IMG/VR virus record: IMGVR_UViG_3300009710_000010
Location: 1-64,000 of that record
Strand: one strand, 5' to 3'
Source: a virus
Taxonomy: Duplodnaviria > Caudoviricetes
DNA: 64,000 nucleotides
This document shows positions 38,098-48,494 of this stretch, in pieces; the stretch's first letter is position 1, and the number at the start of each line of letters is the position of its first letter. The notes under the pieces are model-generated. The model did no database searches. It was not told the origin of the DNA and was given only the letters and a program-made list of their open reading frames with translations. The position numbers and the translations under genes were made by a program.

Positions 38098-38390
38098 TTT
38101 GAATTTCCTTTGTCAAAACCGACTTTTAATTCTTTGTAAGTTTCGCCTACAGATTTACCTAAGCACTCAGTACCAGAATTAGTACCTTTGCAAGCGTCGC
38201 AACCTGATACGTACATTAACCATCCGACTATCATTCCAAAGAATAGATAATCCACAATTGTGGTTGTAGAATTTCTTACTGTTACTTTTGGCTCACTCAT
38301 ATTATCTCCTTTTAAAATGGTATATCGTCTGATGGATCAAAATTTGGTTCTGGTCCAAAGTCTTTAAATGGATCATCTTAACTTTAGTTT

Positions 38391-38552
38391 TCATTTTCGT
38401 TTATCCTTATACTTCGGTTTTGTTTTACCGTATTTACCTTTACGTTTAGCGTTCTCACCTTTGTTAGGTCTACAGAAAGAACAGTTTAAATCTTTACGAC
38501 GCTCCCGATCGTCAACGGTGGAATTAGTATTAGGTTCTCTATTTTTACCCAA
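38391..38552 (-). CDS. Small basic CxxC protein
   Basis: Hand translation MGKNREPNTNSTVDDRERRKDLNCSFCRPNKGENAKRKGKYGKTKPKYKDKRK. Confidence 0.45.
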   Translation of the reverse strand: MGKNREPNTNSTVDDRERRKDLNCSFCRPNKGENAKRKGKYGKTKPKYKDKRK

Positions 38553-38853
38553 CTGAACCTCTGCGTTTTGCTTCTTCCACGACTGGACAGACTATTTGAC
38601 CATGGATTTTGTATTGATCAAATAGTTCATATTCATGAAGTTTATTATAAAGAGTTTTAATAGTAACCCCTAAACTAACTGCAGCCCGTGTTTTATTCCC
38701 TTTGTGAAGTTTTAATGCTTCGATAATATGAAGTTTTTCCATTTGAGCTAATGTTAAAAACGGGGGATCTACTCGATCATTGACCGGTCTAGTTTCGTCT
38801 ATCTTAAGTTTTAATTCAGATCCTTTTGGGAGCTGAGGAATTTCATCACTCAT
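38545..38853 (-). CDS. Fis-family (HTH_8) DNA-binding protein
   Basis: LAQMEK.HI..AL....GNKTRAA..LGV..KTLYNKL.EY. Confidence 0.85.
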   Translation of the reverse strand: MSDEIPQLPKGSELKLKIDETRPVNDRVDPPFLTLAQMEKLHIIEALKLHKGNKTRAAVSLGVTIKTLYNKLHEYELFDQYKIHGQIVCPVVEEAKRRGSVG

Positions 38854-39436
38854 TTTAACCTCTTAATCATTTCTTCACAAAATGGTTCTAAAATTAACTC
38901 TGGTGCTTTAGCAAAAGTAACCAATTTCATAGTTAGATTCGTGTTGTTTCCAGCTGAGAATACGATCATCCAATCATTTCCCATTCTTTCCATTCGAATG
39001 AGCAGCGGGTAACCTTCTGCGTTTGCTAATTTCTCGAGTCCGTCTAAAACCTTTTGATGATTCATTTTAACCTTTGTTGTAGCACTTAACTTTTACGTAA
39101 TTTTCTTTAATAAATTGAAATGTTCTCAATCTTAAAGTTCCAGGAACTTCACTTAAAACCCAGCCTTGCAGATATTCGCTTTCATGGACTTCTGCATCCC
39201 TTAAATGAGCCTCTTTCAAAGAATCATAAGTTCTATGCACTATAACAGGCTTATAGGATTTGTCGATATAGCACTGTCCTTCTTCTATTTTATTTTCAGG
39301 AGAATCAAATACTCCAGCAAAATATAGAGTTGCGGCAATAACAGTACCTACAAATATAAGTAGTATGAGAATTTCGCATCCAGCACAACTTTCAGCTTTG
39401 ATTGAAGTTTTTGCAGTCTTTTTAACTATTTTCTTT

Positions 39437-39964
39437 TTAGACATTCGGCTTCTCCTTTTTATATGGTAGCCCTAAAACAATACTAGCGGCCTGGGCTCTC
39501 GTTACATCTCTAGTTTCAACATCACTAACATCTCTTTCAAAAGATCTGACAACCTCTGAATACGGATCCGGTCGTAAAATAAATACCGGAATCTTCATAG
39601 AAACTGGAAGAGTTCTCTTCATCGCCTCCAGTCTATGGTTCCCATCAACTACCAACCACTTATCTTGGTTGTAGTCCCAGATAACTTTAATTGGTTCTAA
39701 TTTTTTCCAACCTTCAGTGTTAATCTTTTTTACCAAGTGTTTCACCCAAAGTGGATAATTAATTTTATGACCAGGAACTATTGATCCCAATTGCACGCAC
39801 CCGTGCCCAAGAACTAAATCATGTTCACGACAAAGTGATCTCATATATCGAATTTGATTTCGGTATTCAGAATCCCAAAAGACTCTGAAGATGGCATAAA
39901 ACTTACCCTTCTTTAAATTTCTATACAAACTTCTAACTGTTTGTTGAAAACTATTTAGACGCAT
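39437..39964 (-). CDS. ParB/sulfiredoxin-like N-terminal domain protein
   Basis: I..EG...PI.V......W.VVDGNHRLEA. Confidence 0.7.
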   Translation of the reverse strand: MRLNSFQQTVRSLYRNLKKGKFYAIFRVFWDSEYRNQIRYMRSLCREHDLVLGHGCVQLGSIVPGHKINYPLWVKHLVKKINTEGWKKLEPIKVIWDYNQDKWLVVDGNHRLEAMKRTLPVSMKIPVFILRPDPYSEVVRSFERDVSDVETRDVTRAQAASIVLGLPYKKEKPNV

Positions 39965-40149
39965 ACTTCTCCCGTAATTTTTTAACGTAAATCTTTTTGT
40001 CTTTACCTTTTAAAGTAGCCAAGTGGGCTTCTTCATCAGGTGTTAATTTCATTCTGTTAGAATCCCGTTGAGAACGGTCTGGATCTTTAGCAATAGGGAG
40101 TGCTCCCATTCCAGCCAATAAACCTAAAGCGGCTGCTAAGCTTAATGTT

Positions 40150-40689
40150 TTACGCATAAAGTTTTCCTTCAATCCAGATTTCATTATTAATAATTTGAGA
40201 TACATGACCTTTTGAAATCTTAAACCCTTCAACCAGCTTTGAATACGAAGCACCCATTTTATGAAGGTATCTGATTGTTCTTACGGTTTCCCAATCTAAA
40301 CGGACATTTCCCATAACTGGAGGTTTCCCACCATCTTTACGGAATCTATGGTAATTATTTTTGGATTGAGTCACTAATTCTAAGTTCTCTGGAGAGTTAT
40401 TGTAGCCGTTATCATCAATGTGATTAATTACTAAATCTATTTCTAATCGGCCTTTGAATTTAGCGTAAATGATTCGATGAACTTGAAGCATGCGCCCAAA
40501 ATACTTCACAGTATAATAATCTCGGCGACCACTTCCGGCAAGTCTCCATACATTGTTTACTGATACTTTTCCGGTTTTGGTTATTCGAGTCCAAACTGTT
40601 CCATCAGCACGGACTTCGTAATTAGGATCTTTTAATAATTCGTAAATGTAAGAATCATTTGTGCAAGTTAATTGTCCAGATCTTCCCAT
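40150..40689 (-). CDS. HNH (NUMOD4/HNH_3-like) endonuclease with C-terminal HTH
   Basis: VHR.I...F.G......INH.D.N..NN...NLE.VT...N..H; V..IR.......Y..L...F.IS...VS.I.....W. Confidence 0.8.
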   Translation of the reverse strand: MGRSGQLTCTNDSYIYELLKDPNYEVRADGTVWTRITKTGKVSVNNVWRLAGSGRRDYYTVKYFGRMLQVHRIIYAKFKGRLEIDLVINHIDDNGYNNSPENLELVTQSKNNYHRFRKDGGKPPVMGNVRLDWETVRTIRYLHKMGASYSKLVEGFKISKGHVSQIINNEIWIEGKLYA

Positions 40690-41343
40690 CGATCCTCCCG
40701 ATAATGTAATTATTACCTACCAAGAGCTATAAGTTAACTAGCTATTTTGATACAGTTTCTTCAGGATCCCATGCGTTATCGTATGCATCAAGATGAGACA
40801 GTTTCGTCGTAGGTGGAAGCATTCCAACATCTTCAATTACTTTTAAGAGTTCTTGAGCTTTATCTTTGTCAGATAAATCTCTAATCCAGAATAATCTGGC
40901 CTCTAGTTTACGAAGAACTTCACTACGCTTCATCGTCTAAACTCCGGTCAGGCGGAAAGATTTTGTCTAATTTTGAGATAGTAGATGCATCCGTAACCAT
41001 TGAAAACTTATCAGCACAAACAGACCTCATCATACGGTATCGGCGCCCTTTAATTGGGTATTTTAATTTTTCATAAAATACACCTTTAAGTTCCGTAGTC
41101 ATACTCATATCGTAGATGTTTAAGTCATTTTCTTTTTCGCTCATGCTCTGCCCGTTGTTTTATTGTTAATTTCAAATTGCTCTAAATTATCCTGAAAGAA
41201 TGCTAAACCTTCTTCAGTTGGTTTTCCATCTTTTAAGATTTGACCATAATCCGGATGAAACATATCCACTGCTGCACCAAAATTTCCAGCATTCATGATA
41301 GCTGCTTCAACCATTTCTTCTTCAATTTGATCTTGTGTCTTTT

Positions 41344-42231
41344 TCATTTTGACATGTCCTCAGGAGATCTAAACCCATACCATACTGGGATCCTTGGTTT
41401 ATCTTTAACCCCGTGTGGTTGTGATCGATAGTGTACGAGCTTACCCAAATATTGATCTTTATTATCCCAAATCTCTTTACGAAGTTGGGCAGTAAGACCT
41501 TGACCTGTTCCAATTTTAAATTCAGTGCCATCAGATTTACGTACTAAAAATGCTCCAAGAGTATTACCTGGCACCATGTTTTCTTTTTTAGATGAACGTT
41601 CTGAATGACCAAACGCATCTTTAGTTTGCTCATTCTCATTATGCATAAGTTCCTCGAAGCCAATAACTTCAGCTTCACCATCTTCAAAATATTTAATTGC
41701 AGTTAAATATCCCTCTTTTAAAGAAGCACGACCACATTTATATGGTGATTCCGGAGAACGAATCATAGTTCCTTCGTGACCTTGTTCAAGATGTAGGGCC
41801 ATAATATCTTTAAGTTCTTCTAAGTTATTAACCAAAACACCATATAGTGGTTTGCAAAACGATAACAACGGAGTATGGCAAAAGTCTTCGGCTAAATGAA
41901 GTTGACGTTCGGCGTATGGAGTATCCAAAGAATTTCTTACTGTATCAAATACCAAATAGGTGAACTCCGGTGTACCATCTCGTTTCATAACCATTGATTG
42001 AACATCTGAAAATCCGTCACCGCATAAGATCTCTCCATCAAAACCATCTGGACAATGCTGTTCAATCATAGTTCTAATATGAACATTTGGGATTGGCTTA
42101 AATGATCGACTGAGAGCTTGACCATTTACTTTGATACATCGGATTCCATCGATTTTAGGGGTTGCTAAAACAGGGAACTTAATGTTTTCAAATACTGGTT
42201 TCTTTGCTGCAAGAATTGGAGATGTGATCAT
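41344..42231 (-). CDS. lig: ATP-dependent DNA ligase
   Basis: KIDGIR (motif I), FDGEI, VFD, EGTMIR, Y..GR, F.IGTG, PR.PV; likely start at ATG 42231 (AGGAG RBS, ATGA overlap). Confidence 0.92.
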   Translation of the reverse strand: MITSPILAAKKPVFENIKFPVLATPKIDGIRCIKVNGQALSRSFKPIPNVHIRTMIEQHCPDGFDGEILCGDGFSDVQSMVMKRDGTPEFTYLVFDTVRNSLDTPYAERQLHLAEDFCHTPLLSFCKPLYGVLVNNLEELKDIMALHLEQGHEGTMIRSPESPYKCGRASLKEGYLTAIKYFEDGEAEVIGFEELMHNENEQTKDAFGHSERSSKKENMVPGNTLGAFLVRKSDGTEFKIGTGQGLTAQLRKEIWDNKDQYLGKLVHYRSQPHGVKDKPRIPVWYGFRSPEDMSK

Positions 42232-42368
42232 GGATATACTCCTAAAACTAAAAGTGTTGTTAATAAAGCTAAATGTAAAAGGGCCATTAAGAACATAAAA
42301 AAGTACCAAATGCACAGTAAGCAGGCCGTTACGATCGTCATTAAAATGACGTTCAATAAAGTTTTCAT
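42228..42368 (-). CDS. Small membrane protein
   Basis: Hand translation MKTLLNVILMTIVTACLLCIWYFFMFLMALLHLALLTTLLVLGVYP; ATGA overlaps at both ends. Confidence 0.5.
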   Translation of the reverse strand: MKTLLNVILMTIVTACLLCIWYFFMFLMALLHLALLTTLLVLGVYP

Positions 42369-43075
42369 CCGATACCTAACTTATGTTTTGCTTCAACGGA
42401 AGCTTCGCCTGCCATTGGATGGTTAAACGGAAACGAATCAAGCGTGTATGGGTAATCATCTCTTACGCCAAGTTCGTTAGCGATACTGCTCCAAATCGTT
42501 TTATTATTCTGAAAGTCACGATCTGTCATGTGGCCAGGTCTTTGCATTTCCTGACGAATATAAATTTCAACCATTAAACTATAGGTTAAATTTTGAAACT
42601 CTTGAGTTAGCTTTGGAAGAATCTTTTTGTAAGTCTCATAGGCGTGTCCGCCTGCGTGACATCTTTCGAAGTTTTTCATAATCCCCCTGAGACATGAAAT
42701 TCTGATGTTTAATCAAACCTTTATCGGTCTTGTATATTCTAAGATACTTGACCGGATACATACTCATAGAATATCTACATAAAAGCCAATGGTAAACGAA
42801 GAACGCGATTATTCTAAATCGCGTCTCAAATCGATACTCTTTATATTTCAGATAAACAAAGTGTCTACCGTACGTTATTCTCCACATTAGAAATGGCCTC
42901 TTCAATTTGATCAGCATCGGCGTCTCGAGATGATTCAGTGTCATACTTGAGTTTCATAACAGCAGATCCTATAGTCAATATTATAGTTTGAGTAGATCCG
43001 TTACTACCATTAATATCATAATCTCTAGAAATAGAAGTGATAGCAGAAACCACCACTTTAGTCTTTTCTCTATTT

Positions 43076-43681
43076 TTAAGTTGTAGTAACATTTGATTCT
43101 GCCTGTTGAGCTGCAATTTGTTTAAACGCTTCGATCATTTCTTTAAATAGTTTATAATGATCAATTACATATTGTGCTTGATTTTTAGCATCATCCAAGG
43201 CGTTATGATTTGTACCTTCCGATTTGTCAACTTTCGCACCGTTTGCTACGTAGCGTTTAAATGTACGTAAGTCATAAACATTGTAGAAAAGCCATGGACA
43301 TTTGATGTCGTACATGCGGAACATATCTTCAATAATTGAAATATCAAAGCTTGAACCATTACCCCACGGGTTGATTTTTGAGATCGTGTTTTGACCTAAA
43401 ACCCATTGAGCAAATAATGTTAAAACATCTTTTGCAGGTTTTGCTTGTTCGTTAAATACTTTCTTAGCGGCACCTGATTGACCCATCCACCACTTCAAAG
43501 TGGATCCATCAATTGAACGACCCCGTTTGATTTGTTCATCCACATCAAAGGCCATATAAAATGTAGGTCCCATTTCTCCAGTTTCTTGGTTAAAGAAAAC
43601 TGCACCTAGTGAAATTACAGTTGTGGTTGGTGTTTGTCCTAAGGTTTCGAAGTCGATCATTAAGTCTTGGAATTTTGACAT
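43076..43681 (-). CDS. DEDDh 3'-5' exonuclease
   Basis: MIDFETLG, WGNGSSFD, YDLRT, HNALDDA. Confidence 0.9.
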   Translation of the reverse strand: MSKFQDLMIDFETLGQTPTTTVISLGAVFFNQETGEMGPTFYMAFDVDEQIKRGRSIDGSTLKWWMGQSGAAKKVFNEQAKPAKDVLTLFAQWVLGQNTISKINPWGNGSSFDISIIEDMFRMYDIKCPWLFYNVYDLRTFKRYVANGAKVDKSEGTNHNALDDAKNQAQYVIDHYKLFKEMIEAFKQIAAQQAESNVTTT

Positions 43682-43689
43682 GGCTCCTC

Positions 43690-44764
43690 CTACATTACCC
43701 ATGGTTTCTTTTTATTATCATAAGGAGTATACAGTCCAGGCCGTGCCTCAAACCAAGTAGACTCTCTGGTTCCGTCTCTAGATATTACAATCTTTTGAGC
43801 CTCGAGGAAATCAAACATTTGACGTATAACTTCTTCTGGCGAAAGATTAATTCCAACATGTTCAAAATGTTTTTTAAATACTTGCGTTAAATTGTCAGGA
43901 TATGGAGTTAATTTGTATCCTTTAGCGTAAATGCAACTGAGAAGCGACTCAGCTAAGGCTTCGTATCGATTTGATATTCTTGTAGTGACTAAAATATCTA
44001 TTGCGTTACTTTTGATTAGTAATATATCCGTTAAGTTAAAATCTTCATACTTCACGTTTTATCCTTTTGTTTTAAAGGGATTGTTATCTGCCGTTTGTAT
44101 CGATTTAAGACGCGCATCTACGTAGACCTTAAGTTCCTTAATTCCCATATCACCAGAAATCATTGATTTGATTTCAGTTAATATTTCCCTAGATCCTTCT
44201 TTTTTGCCAACTTCAAAAGCATCGGCTAAAGTAGGTTCTAGATCACTGGACTTCGTCGTCATCTGATGGTTTCCCCAATCGGTTGAATTCAATTATTGCT
44301 TCAGCCCGTTGCATTTGTGAATCAAAAATTGTAGGTCTAATATGCCGACCAACTATTTTTGAATCTACAACCTGTCGAATCTCTTCCGTATCGTGGTTTT
44401 CCAGGTAGTGTTCTAAAACCTGTTGAGTTCTATACATTTCCTGGAGCGCTACGGCATCTTCACCGAGATAAGTTTCACCATTAGAATCATCAATATAAGA
44501 ATCGTGCATCTTAATTAATGGATGCAGAGAATAGATATTTATAAACCACTGAATTGCTTCAGGATGATACATATCAATATGAAACGATACAACAATTGAA
44601 GGATCATCTTCTTTTGTAAACATTCCATAAAATAATTTAAAGAGCGGTCGTTTGTCTTTATAAAAAGTGTGAATGTCCCTATGATCAACTTCAATATCAA
44701 GTTTATAGGTATCTTTCAACTTCCCAATGACGAACAAGTATTGCTCGTACAGCGTTGTTACCAT
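43690..44764 (-). other. Three hypothetical CDSs (43690-44055, 44059-44265, 44243-44764)
   Basis: ORF track, co-oriented. Confidence 0.55.
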
Positions 44765-44773
44765 ATCTATATT

Positions 44774-45640
44774 TTACTCTGATTTAGGACCAGAGAACTC
44801 AGTTATATTTTCGTTTGATAACATTTTTCGATACTGAATAAAACCACGTAGGTTTCCAGACCTCAAAGTTGAGTCGTCTGTAGCTTGCGCTTGATGTTCT
44901 GTTGGAGATGCGTGTAGTGGAGATCCTCCCACTAATCGGTCATATAACTGTAAATCTTTTCCATAAGAATTCTCAGAACCATCTAAAGTTGAGTACGATG
45001 TACGGGCGCATCTTGCTACAGAGACTTTAATTAACTCTGCTACCATTTCATCACCATCTTTTAAACTTGAATCGTTTAAAACATTTGCCATATCCGTTCC
45101 GGTGACAAACGGTAAATGCCACTGACCTTTCTTTAATTGGTTAGGCATACTTTTAGAGTATTCTTCCCACATCGCAAGTGCGAGCTCTCTAAATTCTGGT
45201 TGAGCATCTTTATGAGTTCGAAGTGCAAAGAAGTTATTCCAATCTGTAGCGGTGGCCACGACCCTCATGTGTTGGAACGGTTCTAAAAGACGATTAGCGT
45301 GTTGTTTATGGACCCCAAGATCTGAAAGTTTTTGAACGAAACCCATCATAGCATCTCTAGCTTCCAACCAAATTTTAACAGCTTCGTCTTGACCTTCTAT
45401 TTCCTCTTTAGCCTGCATTCCTTTACAGTTTTTAGAGAACGATGATGGCATAGCTGGATTTTTTGAAATCTGTTCCATAAACGTGGCCACGGGAATGGCA
45501 CGTGAACTTGATGCGTTCTTTGAAATCATACGATGAGTCATAAATTCTGAATGAATAAATCTAGGATACGTTAGAACGAAAGTAGTTAAACGCACGCCTG
45601 CTGGTGAAAGTGAATCAGCTATGATTTCAGCTTTAATCAA
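44774..45640 (-). CDS. thyX: Flavin-dependent thymidylate synthase
   Basis: PRFIHSEFMTHRMISKNASSSRAIP (ThyX-type motif), HKQ.ANRLLEPF, W.NFF.LR...AQPE, HASP.EH. Confidence 0.9.
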   Translation of the reverse strand: MIKAEIIADSLSPAGVRLTTFVLTYPRFIHSEFMTHRMISKNASSSRAIPVATFMEQISKNPAMPSSFSKNCKGMQAKEEIEGQDEAVKIWLEARDAMMGFVQKLSDLGVHKQHANRLLEPFQHMRVVATATDWNNFFALRTHKDAQPEFRELALAMWEEYSKSMPNQLKKGQWHLPFVTGTDMANVLNDSSLKDGDEMVAELIKVSVARCARTSYSTLDGSENSYGKDLQLYDRLVGGSPLHASPTEHQAQATDDSTLRSGNLRGFIQYRKMLSNENITEFSGPKSE

Positions 45641-45656
45641 GTTGCCCCCTTAAAAT

Positions 45657-46148
45657 TTAGTCTTTATATGGATTTTCGTTTTTAAATTCTTCTACTATCC
45701 AGCGCCACTGTCCTTCGGGACTATTCGTACCGTTTGGATTATAACCGCCATAGGGAAAGTGTACAAACTTTCCACCATTTTGTTCAAACTTTTGTTTCCA
45801 CTTTTTCTCGTTATCATCAATAAGATAATCGCCCACATTTAAACCTTTATCTTGGGTCAAAATGATCTTGTTAGTTAATTGTGGAAAGTGCCTTTGGATC
45901 CATTCTACTTTTTCGATATAAGACTCTGGGAGGTTGGCCAAAGGTTGGCTCAGGATCCAAATATCAAAACCCATTTTAAGTAATTCATGGACTGCTGCTT
46001 TAGCCCCTGGAACTGGTTCTAAATTTAAAAAGAAATGTTTATCATACATTCTAGATTCTTGAACACGACCTAATGAGTCGGCTGCAGCTTTATAAAAATC
46101 CGCTATAACGTCGTCCATATCGATATAAAGAATCTTAGACTTTTTCAC
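45657..46148 (-). CDS. 5'(3')-deoxyribonucleotidase (HAD family)
   Basis: IDMDDVIADF, F.NLEP.PGA, EK..W...HF, K....GDYLIDD. Confidence 0.9.
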   Translation of the reverse strand: MKKSKILYIDMDDVIADFYKAAADSLGRVQESRMYDKHFFLNLEPVPGAKAAVHELLKMGFDIWILSQPLANLPESYIEKVEWIQRHFPQLTNKIILTQDKGLNVGDYLIDDNEKKWKQKFEQNGGKFVHFPYGGYNPNGTNSPEGQWRWIVEEFKNENPYKD

Positions 46149-46377
46149 CTAGTACTTCTCTTTTAAACCTCAGAATGAAATCTTTATTCCACTCTTCATC
46201 TGTTAATTTTGGCTTCTCAACATGCCCCTTACGCGTACGTACGGGCTTACGAAGATTGTCCAATTCTTTTTTATAAAAATCACGCTCTTTTCTTAATTTG
46301 AGATTATCCGATTTTAACTCTTTAATAATACCGTTCAGTTTTTTCTGATTCTCTTTCGGATAGGTTCTATTTCTCAA
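46135..46377 (-). CDS. Small coiled-coil hypothetical protein
   Basis: 80 aa, basic. Confidence 0.5.
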   Translation of the reverse strand: MRNRTYPKENQKKLNGIIKELKSDNLKLRKERDFYKKELDNLRKPVRTRKGHVEKPKLTDEEWNKDFILRFKREVLGEKV

Positions 46378-46960
46378 ATTTTGCTCCTTTAGTCAAATTA
46401 TCAATAGCCCATAGTGGTTGTAAATTAGTATAGTGAAAAGCTTTATATAGTTCTTCTATAGGAAATGACGAGATAGGTCTAATATGGTCTATATGCCAAG
46501 TTCCATGGTTTTCCCAAGACATTCCTTCTAAAAATTTAGATTCTAAATGCAATTTACAAAATTCAATTGAACATCCTAATAAAGTTTTCCAACTACCAGA
46601 TTTATAGTTACCACTTAAGGCTCTTTTGATCTGCCCTCTAAAACTATTTGCTAATTTATTTTTAGGATCTTTTAAATAAGAATGTCTATAAGTTTTACGT
46701 TGTTTGGCAATTTTGTCTTTATTTTTTGCTCTCCAAGCCTTCCGATACTCTCTTATAGCTTCCTTATTAGCATCTCTATTTTTCTTTTTGTAAGCTAATA
46801 TTTTATCTTTATTTTTTAATCTATACTCTTTTGTTCTAACTCTAATAGATTCAATGTTTTTATTATAATGTTCTTTTTGGTAAGAAAGTTTACAGCTTCT
46901 ACACCAAGAGTTGTTTCCCTCGTGAAGTTTATTACATTTTGTACAATTTTTAGTATTCAT
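46367..46960 (-). CDS. Free-standing HNH homing endonuclease, paralog of 14322..14915
   Basis: LGCSIE..K.HLESKF..GM.WENHG.WHIDHI.P....HY.NLQPLWA.DN..K. Confidence 0.85.
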   Translation of the reverse strand: MNTKNCTKCNKLHEGNNSWCRSCKLSYQKEHYNKNIESIRVRTKEYRLKNKDKILAYKKKNRDANKEAIREYRKAWRAKNKDKIAKQRKTYRHSYLKDPKNKLANSFRGQIKRALSGNYKSGSWKTLLGCSIEFCKLHLESKFLEGMSWENHGTWHIDHIRPISSFPIEELYKAFHYTNLQPLWAIDNLTKGAKFEK

Positions 46961-48404
46961 AAACTGTAGATTTAAAGTTTCTATCATAAATATCTAAGCG
47001 ATCTTCACAATGTTTGGCCATAAATTTAGTGCCGTTAAATCGAAAATCATGAACATGCGCCATGTCTTTACCGTCATATAACCTAATAGCTCTCCCGATG
47101 GCCTGAACTATAGCTATTTCAGATTTACCGCCATTTGCCATAATTAAATGGTCTGTAGAACGAATATCAACGCCTTCTCCAAAAACAGAAGAACCTATTA
47201 AAATTCTAATGTTTTTAGAATTAAAAGCTTTTATACCTGCGTTAATTTCTATAGAAGTATTATCTCCTGATAAATAAGTGTTAGTTATACCAACTGATTT
47301 TAAATATTCATGAATAACTAATCCGCATTTATCTTTTTGTTTTACTAAAATCAAAATTTGTGACGAGTCTGGTACTGTTTCTATAATTTCTTTAATTTTT
47401 AACAGAAACGGAGGATTTGAACAATACGTTTGTTCATATTCTTTTTGATAATTCCTATTTGAGGTAGCATTCATGTTATGAATGTGAACCGTCATTGGAG
47501 TCAGGTAACCTTCTTGGATTGCGCGATGGGCCGGATATTGATAAAGCACGTTTGATAAGAACGACCACATTTCTAGAGTCTTGTTGTCATTTCTAAGGAA
47601 CGTACCAGAAAAACCATATCTATAATAACAATGTTCTAAGTCTTTTAAAAGTCCTGTGTATGTGGATGCGCCTGCGTGATGAACTTCATCTACATATAAA
47701 GCGTCAATCCATTTGGCAAAGTCTTTAAATTCACCAGATTTAACCAAGGATCCCAAAGATTGTACCGTAACGATACTGATTGCAGGTGGTTTTCCAAGCT
47801 TTCGAATTTTTTGAGCGTCTAAAAGTTTGACATTTCCTTCTCCAAACCAACTGCAAAAATCATTGTAAAGTTGACCACTTAAACCTCTTGAAGGTACGAC
47901 GATTAAAGATCTACAAGATATGTTTTTAATTAAATAAGCCATCACTAGGGATTTGCCGCTTCCTACTGCTGCCTCAAAAACACCTCGGCCTGCTTTCAAT
48001 CCCAAATCAATCATTTCTTTTTGATAATATCTGGGATCCCATGGAGCGTTGTTCCAACGCAAAATTGCAGTTTCACCAGGAGATTGTCTCAAATCGGTAA
48101 GTGTAAACGGAACTTGTATCGCTTTGAGACCTTCCACAGCAATATTCAAAAGTCCTGTTGGAAATGATCCATCTCTATAAAGACATACGTATTCATTCTC
48201 TTGGAGTGAAGTTACTCTAGCTTTACAAGCGTGGAAAGTTTTCCAATCTTGTTTGCTTTTAGCTATTTTCATTTGATAGAAACACTGACTAACTTCTGCT
48301 TCAATCTCATTTTTATAAGTCATAACTGCACGGAGCATTTCGTCCGCTTGTGGATGAATTATTCCGCTGACTTTAACAAAAGAGTTTTGAACTACTAATT
48401 CCAT
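46950..48404 (-). CDS. SF2 DEAH-box DNA helicase (UvsW-like)
   Basis: PRYYQ, AAVGSGKS, VDEVHH, FSGT, FGEGVDI, QAIGRAIR; likely start MELVV at 48404 (AAGGTGG RBS). Confidence 0.9.
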   Translation of the reverse strand: MELVVQNSFVKVSGIIHPQADEMLRAVMTYKNEIEAEVSQCFYQMKIAKSKQDWKTFHACKARVTSLQENEYVCLYRDGSFPTGLLNIAVEGLKAIQVPFTLTDLRQSPGETAILRWNNAPWDPRYYQKEMIDLGLKAGRGVFEAAVGSGKSLVMAYLIKNISCRSLIVVPSRGLSGQLYNDFCSWFGEGNVKLLDAQKIRKLGKPPAISIVTVQSLGSLVKSGEFKDFAKWIDALYVDEVHHAGASTYTGLLKDLEHCYYRYGFSGTFLRNDNKTLEMWSFLSNVLYQYPAHRAIQEGYLTPMTVHIHNMNATSNRNYQKEYEQTYCSNPPFLLKIKEIIETVPDSSQILILVKQKDKCGLVIHEYLKSVGITNTYLSGDNTSIEINAGIKAFNSKNIRILIGSSVFGEGVDIRSTDHLIMANGGKSEIAIVQAIGRAIRLYDGKDMAHVHDFRFNGTKFMAKHCEDRLDIYDRNFKSTVYEY

Positions 48405-48494
48405 TAGTGTATTGTCCACCTTGGTTAGTCGATCGTAAATCGACTTTTTTGCGTTTTCATAAAAAAGTTGTTTACTTAGCGCGTTGCGACGCGG

